Below are positions 51,787-63,859 of a DNA stretch of 63,859 nt, piece by piece. The position numbers and the translations under genes were made by a program. Position 1 is the stretch's first letter, and each line of letters starts with the position of its first letter. The notes under the pieces were generated by a model that saw only the letters and a list, made by a program, of their open reading frames with translations, did no database searches and was not told where the DNA came from. This DNA comes from Pocillopora damicornis. Lineage: Eukaryota. The stretch lies in NCBI RefSeq assembly GCF_003704095.1, contig NW_020846747.1, positions 62,142-126,000 of the forward strand. Reading direction: 5' to 3'.

Positions 51787-51886
51787 NNNNNNNNNNNNNN
51801 NNNNNNNNNNNNNNNNNNNNNNNNNNNNNNNNNNNNNNNNNNNNNNNNNNNNNNNNNNNNNNNNNNNNNNNNNNNNNNNNNNNNNN

Positions 51887-52118
51887 AAACTTAAAAACTG
51901 ATGGCTGCGCATGTGGTTTAACTGGATCGTGCGCCGATAACCGATTGAAGTGTAACTGTGATAAAAATGATCAAAAGTGGCGGGAAGACAGCGGTTTCCT
52001 TACCAATAAGTCCCACCTTCCCGTCAAACAGCTAAGGTTTGGTGACACGGGAGATGCAGATCTCAATGAAGAAGGATACCACACCTTAGGAAAACTAGAG
52101 TGCTATGGCATGACCTAG
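51887..52118 (+). CDS. 3' end of fibrinogen-like copy C5 (the rest lies in a gap)
   Basis: GCACGLTGSCADNRLKCNCDKND...GKLECYGMT* is open throughout the visible part. Confidence 0.75.
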
Positions 52119-52487
52119 GTGCATACAAAATTGTAAACATGAAAACTCGGACCAACAAATCATATGTAAGACTATAATCAATCTTTACTGGGTCGCTTGA
52201 CATAATTCCTGCGCGTGAGGTTTTTTTTGCATGGTTATACACAGCACTCATTATTTCTCTCATTATGTTTTGCACTTTTTTTCTGTTTGATTGTTGATTC
52301 ATTTGATTTTTGGTTACGCGACACTCATTAAAAGAGCTCTCTAGTCTAGTGTCCCCCGCATTAAATGATTCCCTTAATAATTAAGCTGTACATCGAGAAA
52401 CTTAATTCAGCAATAGAGTCAGTATGTTATTAAACACAAATACAGTTAGATTGTTTCTCTTTTAACCTGGAACGTGATATCACAAAG

Positions 52488-52770
52488 CGGCCACTAGGGT
52501 CCAAAATCACAGATCGGCCACTAGGGTCCAAAATCACAGATCGGCCACTAGTGTCCAAAATCACAAATCAGCCTCTAGGGTCCAAGATCACAAATGGGTC
52601 ACTAAGGTCCAAAATCACAAATGGGTCAAAATCAAAATCGGCCAGCAGGGTCCAAAATCACAAATCAGCCACTAGGGTTGAAAATAACACATTGACCACC
52701 AGTCTCCAAAATCACAAATCGGCCACTATTGTCAAAAATCACGAATCGGCCTCTAGGGTCCAAAATCATA
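52488..52770. repeat. 27-bp minisatellite, consensus CGGCCACTAGGGTCCAAAATCACAAAT
   Basis: About 10 head-to-tail units with no spacers. Confidence 0.9.
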
Positions 52771-53565
52771 AGCTTTTTTTTGTAAATATGTTAACGTCGT
52801 TAAGCTCTTTCTTTGCTTTTAATTAATTAATTTTTTTGAGGAACGCATTTTTAAAAATAAAAACAATACATCACTCATTTATAAGTCAATGTAGCGCCTG
52901 TCAATTGTGTGGCTTTCACACGACATGAAAGTTTTCAAGCTACAAAATTATCGGGGGAACAACCATACGGACTGATCATGTTGCGAAAGAAATCACCACC
53001 GCTAGACCGATGTTGTAAACTTTGCGTATCTTCATGTATTTGCCACACGAAGCATTTTTATAGACAGCTGAATTATAATCATGTTCAACAACTCTTTTTT
53101 TCAAAGCTTTTTAATATTTTAGAGAAAATTACTAGGAACAAAAACAAAAAATTCAAGAAAAGTTTTTTTGGTCAGTTTAGAATGCCAAACTCGTCGCAAT
53201 TCAGTCATGAAAAAAAGTTTGAAGGCTGTTGTGTTGTGATCGCTATAAAGCTCCAATAGATGTAAAGCATTCTGGTAACGATGACGATGCATCGCCGAAA
53301 TGAAGGTGAACCTGCAGACAATGACGACCAATAATAAACCTGTCATCTTATTCTACGATCTGTGATAATTATTATAATTATTAAAGAGGCGCTACGCGAA
53401 TACGTGTGGTTTAAATAAAATATTTAACCTCATTTCGTCACCAATATTATTATATGTGAACTGACCAATGTTGTACTTCAAAAAGACAAACTTGTTGACT
53501 TTCTTAAGCAGGAATACCATATTACATAATTTAGAATCACCCAAAAGATGGTCTACCTGTTTGTA

Positions 53566-56500
53566 ATGGAGGCATCAACACATACTTCGTATTTTCTCCT
53601 TTTCAGAGTAGGGAGGGTGTATTTATTTTTATCTTGTATCTTAATAAGGCTGACCACAAGCATAAAGCCTCGTTGAGAGGAACAGATAACCAAATTTGAT
53701 TCCCTTAGAGTCAAGTGTCTAGCTTTTTCCTTAAAGGTAACTCCGACGTGATGAAAATATCAACACCCAATGCATTTGATAAGCACCAAAGTTCATTGAA
53801 ATTCTGCTCATAAATAGCAATTAAGGCCTGAAACATACAAAATATGATAATTAGCTTCTCTATGCAAACAGTTTGACGCAATTAATCATTTCTGGTCTTG
53901 TTGATGCCTCAGTTACGCAACTTTCATTATACTTAAAATCCCTTTCTTTTCCAGAAAAAATTCCTTTTAAATTGGACATATAATTTTCTTCTCTTACCTT
54001 AAGAAACTATATAACGTTTATAAACGGAAACCCTCACATAGCCCTTGACTGCAGAGGAACTTAAAGTTACTTACTGTATTCAAATTGTAACCAATGTGAC
54101 ACCTGCTATGTGCGAAGCAACACAACTTACAAGTATTTTTTCTCGAAATAAAAAAAGGGAAACAATTTCAATTGCAGAGATTAATAAAGATAATATCACC
54201 ATAACGACCAAGAGGGAAAACGGTCTGCAGTTTCGAGAAATAGAAAAATCTATGTAAATCGATATGCAAACTCTTTCATCCGGCCTCACTGTTTGTGGAG
54301 TATTAAATTTAATAAAGCCGCTCTGTCATCCCCTTTTGTTTCTCCAATACTGTTCCATTAAAAATTTAAACTTAGCTATTTGTCGCAAAAAACACACTGA
54401 GGTAAGCAGCCGTATTCTAAACGGAAAGTAGACGTTACTCTTTCATTCACCATCTCGCTCGTAAAGTAACAAAGAAAACAAACAAGTTAGCGATGAAATC
54501 GTCAGGATTCTTACTATTCTTTTTCCTGATTGGTATTTGCAACGGTGAAGAGCAAGGTGAGTTTTAAAGCTAACTGGTGTAACTTTTGACAATAAATATA
54601 TAAAAATCATATATGCGAACTGCGGATAAAGAAAGGAATATGGAAGCGATCTTCGCAGTTATGAAAACTACTTAAGCAGTCGTGAAAAATAGGACCTTAA
54701 AATAATTCAGGCCTGCACGGGAAGTAGTACTCGTTACCGCGAAGATCGCTTGCATATTCTTGGGCGTACATTTTATCACATGAATCTTTCAAAACCTTTC
54801 TTCTCTTTTCTTTCAAACACTTTATTTTAAATACTCACTCACGCTAGTGCTGGCTTCAATTGGGTAACCTCTGCGATTTTGCGGGATTAAAGATCATTGA
54901 TCAAAATCGCAAAGAACATAGTGTCTTTCTGAATTGATGAATTGTTAAAACAAGTGTTCATCCATTATCACAATATCAAGACGAAAGTAACGGTAAAAAC
55001 TTTATGGAAATTAATTTTTTCAGTCTCGATTATTATAGATAAAAAGGAAAGTTTCAGAAAACGAACGATTTGAAGTGTGCTTACAAGAAACAGGTTCATT
55101 TTAGGAATAGGTTGCTCTTCTAGATACATAAATTATAGTTTCAATTTTCTTAATGTTTAGAAAACTGTCGGAAAGTAGAGATGAACCCGGCAAAGCAGGA
55201 CTTCATCCTCGAGAAACACGTTTTCAAAATGGTGGAGATTGAGACAGCCAGCGCATGTGAAGTGAACTGCTTCATGGAAGCTGACTGTGTTTCCTACAAT
55301 CTAAAACCGCAACAGAATGGAAAACTTTTGTGCGAATTGAGTGATTCAGATCACGCAAATAATCAACAGGATCTAAGATACAGAGAAGGGACTGTTTATA
55401 AATCATTTAAGGTAAGTTAAATCCGTTAAGTTTTTGTCGATAAAACGGTCATATATTTTAAATGCACGAACAGAGAAAACCAAAACAAAACAAAATGAAA
55501 GAAATATGGTAATTTTTTTTCACTTGTCATGTTGTCTGGTGAAGGAAATCATACGTTCAAACTTTTTTTCTTGGATTTTTTCCTGCATTCGCACATCTAT
55601 GAACTGATAGATGAATACGTGCATCTTGAAATGTATTAATAAATAAATGGGTGCATCAGTATGAATGGATTAGCTGGAAGAAGGGAGGAAACTGGGTACC
55701 GGAACGATAGATTCTATAAATATTTTTATATCTTCGCAGAACCGCTGTTCCAGTATGCTTTGTCCATCAACAAAGCGATGCCAAACTGGCTTCACCAGGA
55801 AGGGTTATCGTTGTGTTTGCGCAAATGGACTACTGGGAGAAAGCTGCACTGAAGGTATGTTGAGTAAATAAGAAATTTTTAAGGTATCAGGAGGACAATG
55901 GAGGTTTGAGGGAGACAGCTTTACCGCATGGTTATGTACGAGGTTTAAATGGCTTTTGTGGTCTTAAATTGCTTGGATGGACAAGAAATTCCTGGAGGAC
56001 CTCTCTTGGCCTCTTGCCCATAACGATCGTTTGGTAATAGGTCTGACGTAAAATGGAGCTGACTGCATAAAAGTCGTCGCCTCAGAACTGCGGTTACCAT
56101 CAGATCTTGAAGAAAGTAAACAATGGTCTTGATCGATGCTTTAATGAGACTATTTACGTTATTCCCATGGCTTAATATCATTTTGGTGTTCTAGGACCGC
56201 CTTTGGTGCAGGTTGTTCCCGACATAATTGAAACTGTGGAGGGTAGGAACGTTACTATAATGTGTAACGTAACAGCTAATCCTAAACCAGACAGGAACAT
56301 ATGGACAAGGTCTGATGGGATTCTTTCCAGCGCGAGGACCACTGTTAGTGAAGGAAATCTGACCATACTCAATATCACTTTTCAAGACGACGGCTCCTAC
56401 GTGTGTACTGCCACAAACCCCTGGGGTACCAAATCATCGTCAGTTCACCTTCGTGTCTACTCAGCTCTCAAACTCTGCACCGAAGGTATGTTGAGTTGAT

Positions 56501-58274
56501 CGATTTTATTATTATTGGCGTACAATTAAAGATCATGAGTGGGCATACAGGAAAAATCAGGGCATTGGCTTGGATATCTTGATATCAGTAAAGTTATATT
56601 GAGCTTGGGGTGGAAAGCATTGAAGTTTCCTAATGTAATTTCTTTTGCATGGGACAGTTTGGTATTAAAAGAACTAATCTCATGGTTGTTCTCCTATAAT
56701 CAGTCTTACCCATAGGCGATCAATGCTCACTGAAAGAGTACGGATCTCTTTCATTTTTGGTCATTTTCCGTGAGCAAAATGACATATGCGTAAGGAAAAA
56801 GAAGGGTGACATGTGCACGTAATTTAGCGAAACGTAACTGTCGTTTAGCAGCACATAAAATTATTTTGTTACAACTGCTTCTATTTCATGAAGGTTTGTA
56901 CAGGAAAAAATGATTCCTTATGTTTAGTGTGTCTGAAAATTTTGCTATCCTTTGCTTTATCTATGTAACTGTCACTAGTATCTAAACCTAATTTTCACTA
57001 ATTAGTCATACATGGCGTAGACCAGAAGCCTTCTTCGCTCTCTCCCCCCCCCCCCCCCCCCCCCATCTCTTGTGTATACGCATGCATGTTACAATGTCCA
57101 GAAGTACTTTGCTAGTCGAGCTTTATGTGAACATTGTCGTTGTCATTGACATGACTCATGCAGCGCTCTTTTCTTTGCATTATTCCTTTAGGATAAGAGA
57201 TTATGCAAACTTTAAGGTGATTCCTCAGAAAAAGTGTTATTACGACTTTTTTTTTAAATTTCTTTTCAAATACTCCCTGCCATTGTCTGTTTCAAAAAGT
57301 ACATGGAAAAGATAGGTCACCGTGCTCGTTTAAGAGATACGACAGGAAGAACATACCCGATTTATGCTAGCACTGGTCACGCGCGGTATTTCATCGGTTC
57401 ACAGTACATTTCGGTGGCTAAAAGCAAGGGTTTTAAAGTAACACCAAAGAAAAAAAACTTGATAGGTATAAAGTCTCTCGAGCGCATGGAAAAGTTTGAC
57501 ATATAGCCTGACGAAAAAACATCCAGTTTTAAACAAGATCGACTCAAAACGTACCTCGAGTCGTTGTTTTCAAGGTCATGATTGCATCATTGAGTAACGG
57601 GCTTAGTGCATTGTTTTAGCTATATTTTTTTCCTTTTGATGAATTTTTTTTAATTTCTCCAATTTTTAATGAGATAACTTGTATACCAAAGTTATTCGAT
57701 AAAAAATATAGGTTACCCATCATGCTCGTTTAAGGACAATAACACGTTCTCAGAATGCGCGCGCTTATTCTCCTGATTACGTGATATTTATGCCCAATAC
57801 AGGATGCGCAGTTCATTGCTGAGGAATCAACTTAAATTAATAAGAAGGGAGAGAGGGAGGAGCTGAGGCACCTGCAAACATGACTTTCTTTGATGGGATA
57901 AAAAGTGAATTCCCAAGAAGGACCCCTTGCAACCTCATGTTTACACCAGACCTGTTGACGAGCATAGTCTTTAAATGAGTCGATTGGTAACTGGAGTTTA
58001 CTGTTAAATCATTTTTACCTTGAGATGGCGTTTTTTATCAACTCTCTTATAAAACGAGATGTGGCCATAATCGATGCTTTAACGAGACTATTTACGTTAT
58101 TCCCATGCCTTAATATCATTTTGGTATTCTAGGACCGCCTTTGGTGGAAGTTATTCCCGACATAATTGAAACTGTGGAGGGTAGGAACGTTACTATAATG
58201 TGTAACGTGACAGCTAATCATAAACCAGGTGGGATCATATGGAAAAAGTCTGATGGGATTCTTTCCAGCGCGAG
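53566..58274 (+). pseudogene. Chimeric PAN-EGF-Ig-Ig copy C6/C7 (damaged leader ~53566-53685; exons 55161-55411, 55740-55854, 56195-56485, 58133->58274)
   Basis: The internal exons are open and phase-compatible. The Ig1 exon ends in an EGF-exon tail (CTE|gtatgt). The leader MEASTHTSYFLLFRVGRVYLFLSCILIRLTT is frameshifted and its donor is mutated. Confidence 0.7.
56501..58068. mobile_element. ~1.6-kb unclassified insertion replacing part of the EGF-Ig intron
   Basis: No counterpart in the paralogous introns. It contains an internal repeat (ataggt..c...tgctcgtttaag at 57312 and 57708) and a poly-C run at 57043-57064. Confidence 0.5.
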
Positions 58275-58687
58275 NNNNNNNNNNNNNNNNNNNNNNNNNN
58301 NNNNNNNNNNNNNNNNNNNNNNNNNNNNNNNNNNNNNNNNNNNNNNNNNNNNNNNNNNNNNNNNNNNNNNNNNNTTCTTCCAGCTAATCCATCTATACCG
58401 ATGCACCCATTTATTTATTAATAAATTTCAAGGTTCATGCATACATTCACCATTTCATACATGTGCGAATGCATGCATGCATTTACGCATTCATGCATCC
58501 TCTTTTCCATCTACAGAAAAGAAAGTTTGAACGTATGGTCTTCTTCACCAGACAACATGAAAAGTGAAAAAAACTCACGTATCTCTTTCATTTTTGATTT
58601 GATTTTCTCTTTACATACATTTAAGATGCATGATAATTTTATCGACGAAAACTTAACGGAATTACTGATGAGAATAGGTCAACTCAC

Positions 58688-58938
58688 TTTAAATGATTTG
58701 TAAACAGTCCCTTCTTTGTATCTTAGATCCTGTCGATTATTTGCGTGATCTGAATCACTCAATTCGCACAAAAGTTTTCCATTCTGTTGCGGTTTTAGAT
58801 TGTAGGAAACACAGTCAGCTTCCATGAAGCAGTTCACTTCACATGCGCTGGCTGTCTCAATCTCCATCATTTTGAAAACGTGTTTCTCGAGGATGAAGTC
58901 CTGCTTGGCGGGGTTCATCTCTACTTGCCGAAAGTTTT
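58688..58938 (-). CDS. PAN/Apple exon, copy C8
   Basis: 251-bp exon nearly identical to C1 and C6, with AG/GT boundaries intact. Confidence 0.8.
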
Positions 58939-59954
58939 CTAAAAATTAGGCAAAATGAAAGTATGGTTTATGTATCTAGAAGAGCAACCTATTCTTGCTT
59001 GCACGCTTCAAAATCGTTCGTCTTATGAAAATTTCTTTTTTAATATAATAACATCTGAGACTTAAAAAACTAATTTCCCTAAAGCTGTAACCATTATTTC
59101 TATCTTGATTTTGTGATGATGGATGAACACCTGTTCCGAAAAAAATTGTTGTAGCAATTTATCAAGGTAAACGATAGAAACTATGTTCTTAGCGATTTTG
59201 ATCGATGATTTTTAATCCGGCCAAATCGCAGAAGTTACCCTATTGAAGCCACACTATCGTGAGTGAGTATTTCAAATAAAGAGTTTAAAAGAAGAGAAAA
59301 GAAAAGTTTTGAAAAATTGATGTAATAAAATGTACGCCAATGAATATGGAAGCAATCTTTGCAGTTATAAGCACTACTTCCCATTCAGGCCTGAATTATA
59401 TCCAGGTCTTATTTTTCACTTCTGCTTAAGTAGTTTCTCGTAATTGCGAAGATCGCTTTCATATTCGTTTCTGTATCTGCAGTTCGCATATATTATTTCC
59501 ATATATTCATGGTCATAAGCTACGCCAGGTGGCTTTAATACTCACCTAGCTCTTTACCGCTGCAAATAGCAACCAGAAATGAAAAGAGTAACAATCCTGA
59601 CCATTTCATCGCTAACTTGTCTGTTTTCTTTGTTACTTTACGAGCGAGATGGCGAATGAAAGAGTAACTTCTACTTTCCGTTTAAAATACGGCTGCTTAC
59701 CCAAGTGTGTGTTTTGCCACAAAATAAGTAAGTTTAAATTTTTAATGGAACAGTATCGGACCAACAATAGGCGATGTCATAACAGTTTCATACTCAATTT
59801 GATACGACAAAACTTTGAAGCCGGATGAAAGAATTTACATATCGATTTACAGAGNNNNNNNNNNNNNNNNNNNNNNNNNNNNNNNNNNNNNNNNNNNNNN
59901 NNNNNNNNNNNNNNNNNNNNNNNNNNNNNNNNNNNNNNNNNNNNNNNNNNNNNN

Positions 59955-61735
59955 GGGTTCATCTCTACTTGCCGACAGTTTTCTAAAAATTAAGCAAAAT
60001 GAAACTATAGTTTATGTATCTAGAAGAGCAACCTATTCTTGCTTGCACGCTTCAAAATCGTTCATCTTGTGAAATTTTCTTTTTTAATATAATAATATCT
60101 GTGACTTAAAAACTAATTTCCATAAAGCTTTAACCATTACTTCCATCTTGATATTGTGATGATGGATGAACACTTGTTCCGAAAAAACTATGTTCTTAGC
60201 GATTTTGATCGATGATTTTTAATCCGGCCAAATCGCCGAAGTTGCCCTATGGAAGCCAGCACTAGCGTGAGTGAGTATTTCAAATAAAGTGTTTAAAAGA
60301 AGAGAAAAGAAAGGTTTTGAAAAATTGATGTAATAAAATGTATGTCAATGAATATGGAAGCAATATTCTTAGTTATAAGCACTACTTCCCGTTCAGGCCT
60401 GAATTATATTCAGGTCTTATTTTTCACTTCTGCTTAATAAAGTAGTTTTCGTAATTGCGAAGATCGCTTTCATATTCATTTCTGTATCTGCAGCTCGCAT
60501 ATATTATTTCCATATATTCACGGTTAAAAGCTACGCCAGGTGGCTTTAATACTCACCTAGCTCTTTACCGCTGCAAATAGCAACCAGAAATGAAAAGAGT
60601 AACAATCCTGACCATTTCATCGCTAACTTGTCTGTTTTCTTTGTTACTTTACGATCGAGATGGCGAATGAAAGAGTAACGTCTACTTTCCGTTTAAAATA
60701 CGGCTGCTTACCCAAGTGTGTGTTTTGCCAAAAAATAACTAAGTTTAAATTTTTAATGGAACAGTATTGGACCGACAATAGGCGATGTCATAACAGTTAC
60801 ATGATTAAATTTGATACGGCAAAACTTTGAAGCCAGATGATAGAATTTACATATCGATTTACAGAGATTTTCCTATTTCTCAAAACTGTAGACCGTTTCT
60901 CTCTAGGTCGCTGTGATGATATTAACTTAATTAATCTCTACAATCGAAATTGCTTCCCCCTTCTTTATAATTTAACGAAAAATCTTTTAGGTTGTGTTGC
61001 TTCTGAACACTCAACAGCGGCCACAATTGGTTACAATTTGATTTCATCTTCAGTTCCTCTTCAGACAAGTGACGATTTCCGTTTAACAAAGTTATGCACG
61101 TTCTAAAGATAGAAGAAGAAAATTATATCCCTCCGCTTCAAAAGGAATCAAATTTTTTTTTCTGAAAAAAGCCGGGATTTAAAGTGTAGGGGACGTTGCC
61201 AAACTCAGACATCAACAAGAGTGGAAGAGCTTAATTACGTCAAACTGTTTGCAAAGAGAACCTGATTATCATATTTCGAGCGCTTCAGGCCTTATTTCCT
61301 ATTGTTGAGCAGAAATTTCAAGAAATATTGGTGATATCAAATGCATTGAGCGTTGATATTTTTATTATGTATGATCTACCTCTGAATAAAAAGGAAAATG
61401 TAAGAAACTAAAATGTAGGGAATTCAAATTTGGTTCCCTTTTCATGTCAATGGGGCTTCAGCACCTGCAGTCAGTCTTATAAAGACTAATTAAGTCAAGA
61501 TAAACAAACCCCCATACACTGGAAAGGAGAAAATACGATGTGTTGATACTCCTACATACAGGTATACCATTTTTTGGGTGATTCTAAACTATGTAATATC
61601 GTATTCCTGCTTAAGAAAGTCAATAGGTCTGTCTTGTTGAAGAACAACATTGAAATTTCCTAGTTGCTGAGTTTACATATATAATTAGGTATTTAATGTC
61701 AAACCGCACGTATCCGCGCAGTGCCTCTTTAATAA
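59955..61735 (-). pseudogene. Copy C9: upstream region, decayed leader (~61440-61560), first intron and start of the PAN exon (59982-59955)
   Basis: 59955-60865 closely duplicates 58911-59854. 60870-61735 is an inverted homolog of ~53375-54240 and ~39020-39780. Confidence 0.7.
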
Positions 61736-62269
61736 CTATAATGGATGCAAAACTCGCTGGCANNNNNNNNNNNNNNNNNNNNNNNNNNNNNNNNNNNNNN
61801 NNNNNNNNNNNNNNNNNNNNNNNNNNNNNNNNNNNNNNNNNNNNNNNNNNNNNNNNNNNNNNGCTAAATTTATATTGCTGTTATTGAAATAGTTTAACCC
61901 TTGCTTATCCAACTGCACTCTAAAAATCTAAATCAAGCAGAAAATACACCTATAAAAGTGAAGTTTTTGCGAAACTGTCCAAAGGGCTTCTATTTCACAA
62001 GCAAAGAAAGATTTGATTACTTAAAAAACTCCACCTATAAGGAACATTCGAAGTCCTTTGACCACCCAAAATGCACGGCTCAAATAAGACCCTGCGGCAA
62101 TAACCGACATTAAGTCTTTGACTCTGTGTTTCTCTTTTTCCCAGAATATTGGCGAATTTGCTTCTGCGTCTCTTGAATCAGCGACACTGCTTCACTTGCG
62201 TGATATAGGTTTCCTAGCTTTCAGCCTCGAGGCAGAAGCATTGCTCGCTGGGGTTCAATTTTCCCATTC

Positions 62270-63116
62270 TTTCTTCATTTGTCTGTGGTGCTTGCTTCCT
62301 AAGGACTTTGGAAAATTGGCTTTTCTCCAAGCCAATAGCAACAAAGGACAGGAAGATGAATTAAGCCTAACAGTCTTGTTGGCAACAATCCATTAATCCA
62401 TATTCTTTTCTAGGTTATACGCTGGGATAGTTAACCCTAAAATTTAAGACACAGCTCAAAGTTTCGAATATCTATTTGTTCCCCTAAACTTTATTGGCTG
62501 TTGAAAAAAGTTCATCCCTTTTTATTTATTCTGTCCAGACGTCTTACTTGTGACAGATTTTAGCGTCATTGCTATGGGAACGATTTAATGTGATCAACCA
62601 AAAATTATTACAACGAGACTGTTTTCTCTAATTTAAGGTCAGCTACCACATCGGGATACTTATTTCTGGTGATTCCAAAGAAGAAAACGTTCCATTCTTT
62701 CTCCGGCCCAAACCAGCTTTGTAACACTGAAGAAAACTTACCTTATCCCAAAAATTCATGTCTTACCCATCACTAAGGCAATTTCATGATAGATGAAAGC
62801 CAAGTTTGGGCTCTGCTGTTTTTTGGTCACTCGTCTGGCTCTCTGAATTAATTAAAGTAAGATTAACCTTGGTTTTAAAATTCAGATTTCCTTGCGGTGT
62901 TCTGTAGGTCGTACAAGCCGTCGCACAAACGATTGAATAGGCAAGGCGCAGACAGACAGACAGTTGGCTTTTGATACCCTTTGTTTACAAAAGCGTAGTA
63001 TATATTGTGCTCACCTTTCGAATTCTGATGATATGAAAGCTGGTGTGTTGCAGAGCAAAGAGGTTGAAAATCAGAATCAGTGCAACAGGCAAATGAATGA
63101 GAAGACCTTTGCTCCC
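62270..63116 (-). pseudogene. Strongly decayed family-B GPCR 3' half
   Basis: Remnants of the TM5 exon (63013-63116), an internally deleted TM6-7 exon (~62740-62842) and the last exon (FIFLSFVA, ~62275-62360). Confidence 0.8.
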
Positions 63117-63859
63117 TCACAAATCGTCTAGCTACTAATGTCCAAAATAAAAAAACTGGCCTCTAGCGTCCAAACTCACAAACCGGCCTCTGGGGTCCAA
63201 AATCACAAATTGGCTACTTGAGTCCGGAATTCCCATCGGCCACTAGTGTTCAAAATTACAAATTGGCCACTAGGGTGCAAAGTCACAAACCAGCCACTAG
63301 GATCTACAATCACAATTTGGACTGTAGGGTCCAAAGTCCCAAATTGGCCACTAGGGTGCAACATTTCATACCGGCCACTAATGCTCACAAATTAGACTTC
63401 TGCGTCCAAAGTCACAAATAGTTCTGCAGGTTCCAAAATTACAAATAGTCCAGCAGGGTCCAAAATTACAAATAGCTCAGCAGGGTCCAGAGTCACAAAT
63501 AGTCCACTAGGGTTCAAAATCGCTAATCGGCCTTTAGGGTCTAAAATCACAAGTCGGTCATTATTCTCCAAAATCATATGTAGCTAGTCCACCAGGGTTC
63601 AAAATCACTAATCAGCCATTAGGGTCCAAAATCACAAATCGGCTATTAGTGTGTAAAATCACAAATCGCCCAATAGGGTCCGAAATAAAAAAAATTGGGC
63701 ACTAGTGTCCAAACTCACAAATCGGCCAAGAGGGTCCATAATCACAAATCGGTCACTACGGTTCGAAATTTCAAATCGGCCTCTAGGGTCCAAAATCACA
63801 AATTGGCCACTAGTATGCATGATCAGAAATCGGCCTCTGTTTTGAATCAGAAATCAGCC
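63117..63859. repeat. 27-bp minisatellite array running off the window end
   Basis: Roughly 27 diverged units of ggccactagggtccaaaatcacaaatc. Confidence 0.92.

Noticed and set aside
52488-63859. 27-bp repeat arrays as CRISPR arrays
   Set aside because: The units are head-to-tail with no unique spacers, there are no cas genes, and the context is eukaryotic. ORFs over them (52551-52826, 63203-63577) are by-products of the 27-bp period.

Overview
This is AT-rich, intron-containing eukaryotic DNA. It is most likely a scleractinian coral or other anthozoan, inferred from the gene families and repeats rather than from any search. The scaffold has many N gaps. The left ~18 kb holds four single-copy genes: a single-ORF class A GPCR, an unknown basic low-complexity protein, an intronless ~8-TM protein with an internal duplication, and a spliced gene that reconstructs in frame as TM + PDZ + calmodulin/centrin-like EF-hands. 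From ~20 kb to the end lies a heavily duplicated and inverted cluster of two interleaved families. The first is PAN/Apple-EGF-Ig-Ig-CASPR-type fibrinogen-like genes (about 9 whole or partial copies). The second is Cys-rich family-B (adhesion/Methuselah-like) GPCR genes (about 6 whole or partial copies). The two families were copied together as a cassette and many copies are decaying. The fibrinogen-like domains show four short hypervariable loops in a near-invariant framework, and one copy gained an extra Ig exon by recombination. This is the best candidate for an undescribed system, a diversified recognition or immune locus, but the gaps mean copy number could be inflated by haplotypes. Mobile DNA includes a Penelope-like 3' end with a hammerhead-ribozyme motif, LINE fragments, several MITEs, a transposon-like insert with a CaRF-like fragment, and a 27-bp minisatellite.
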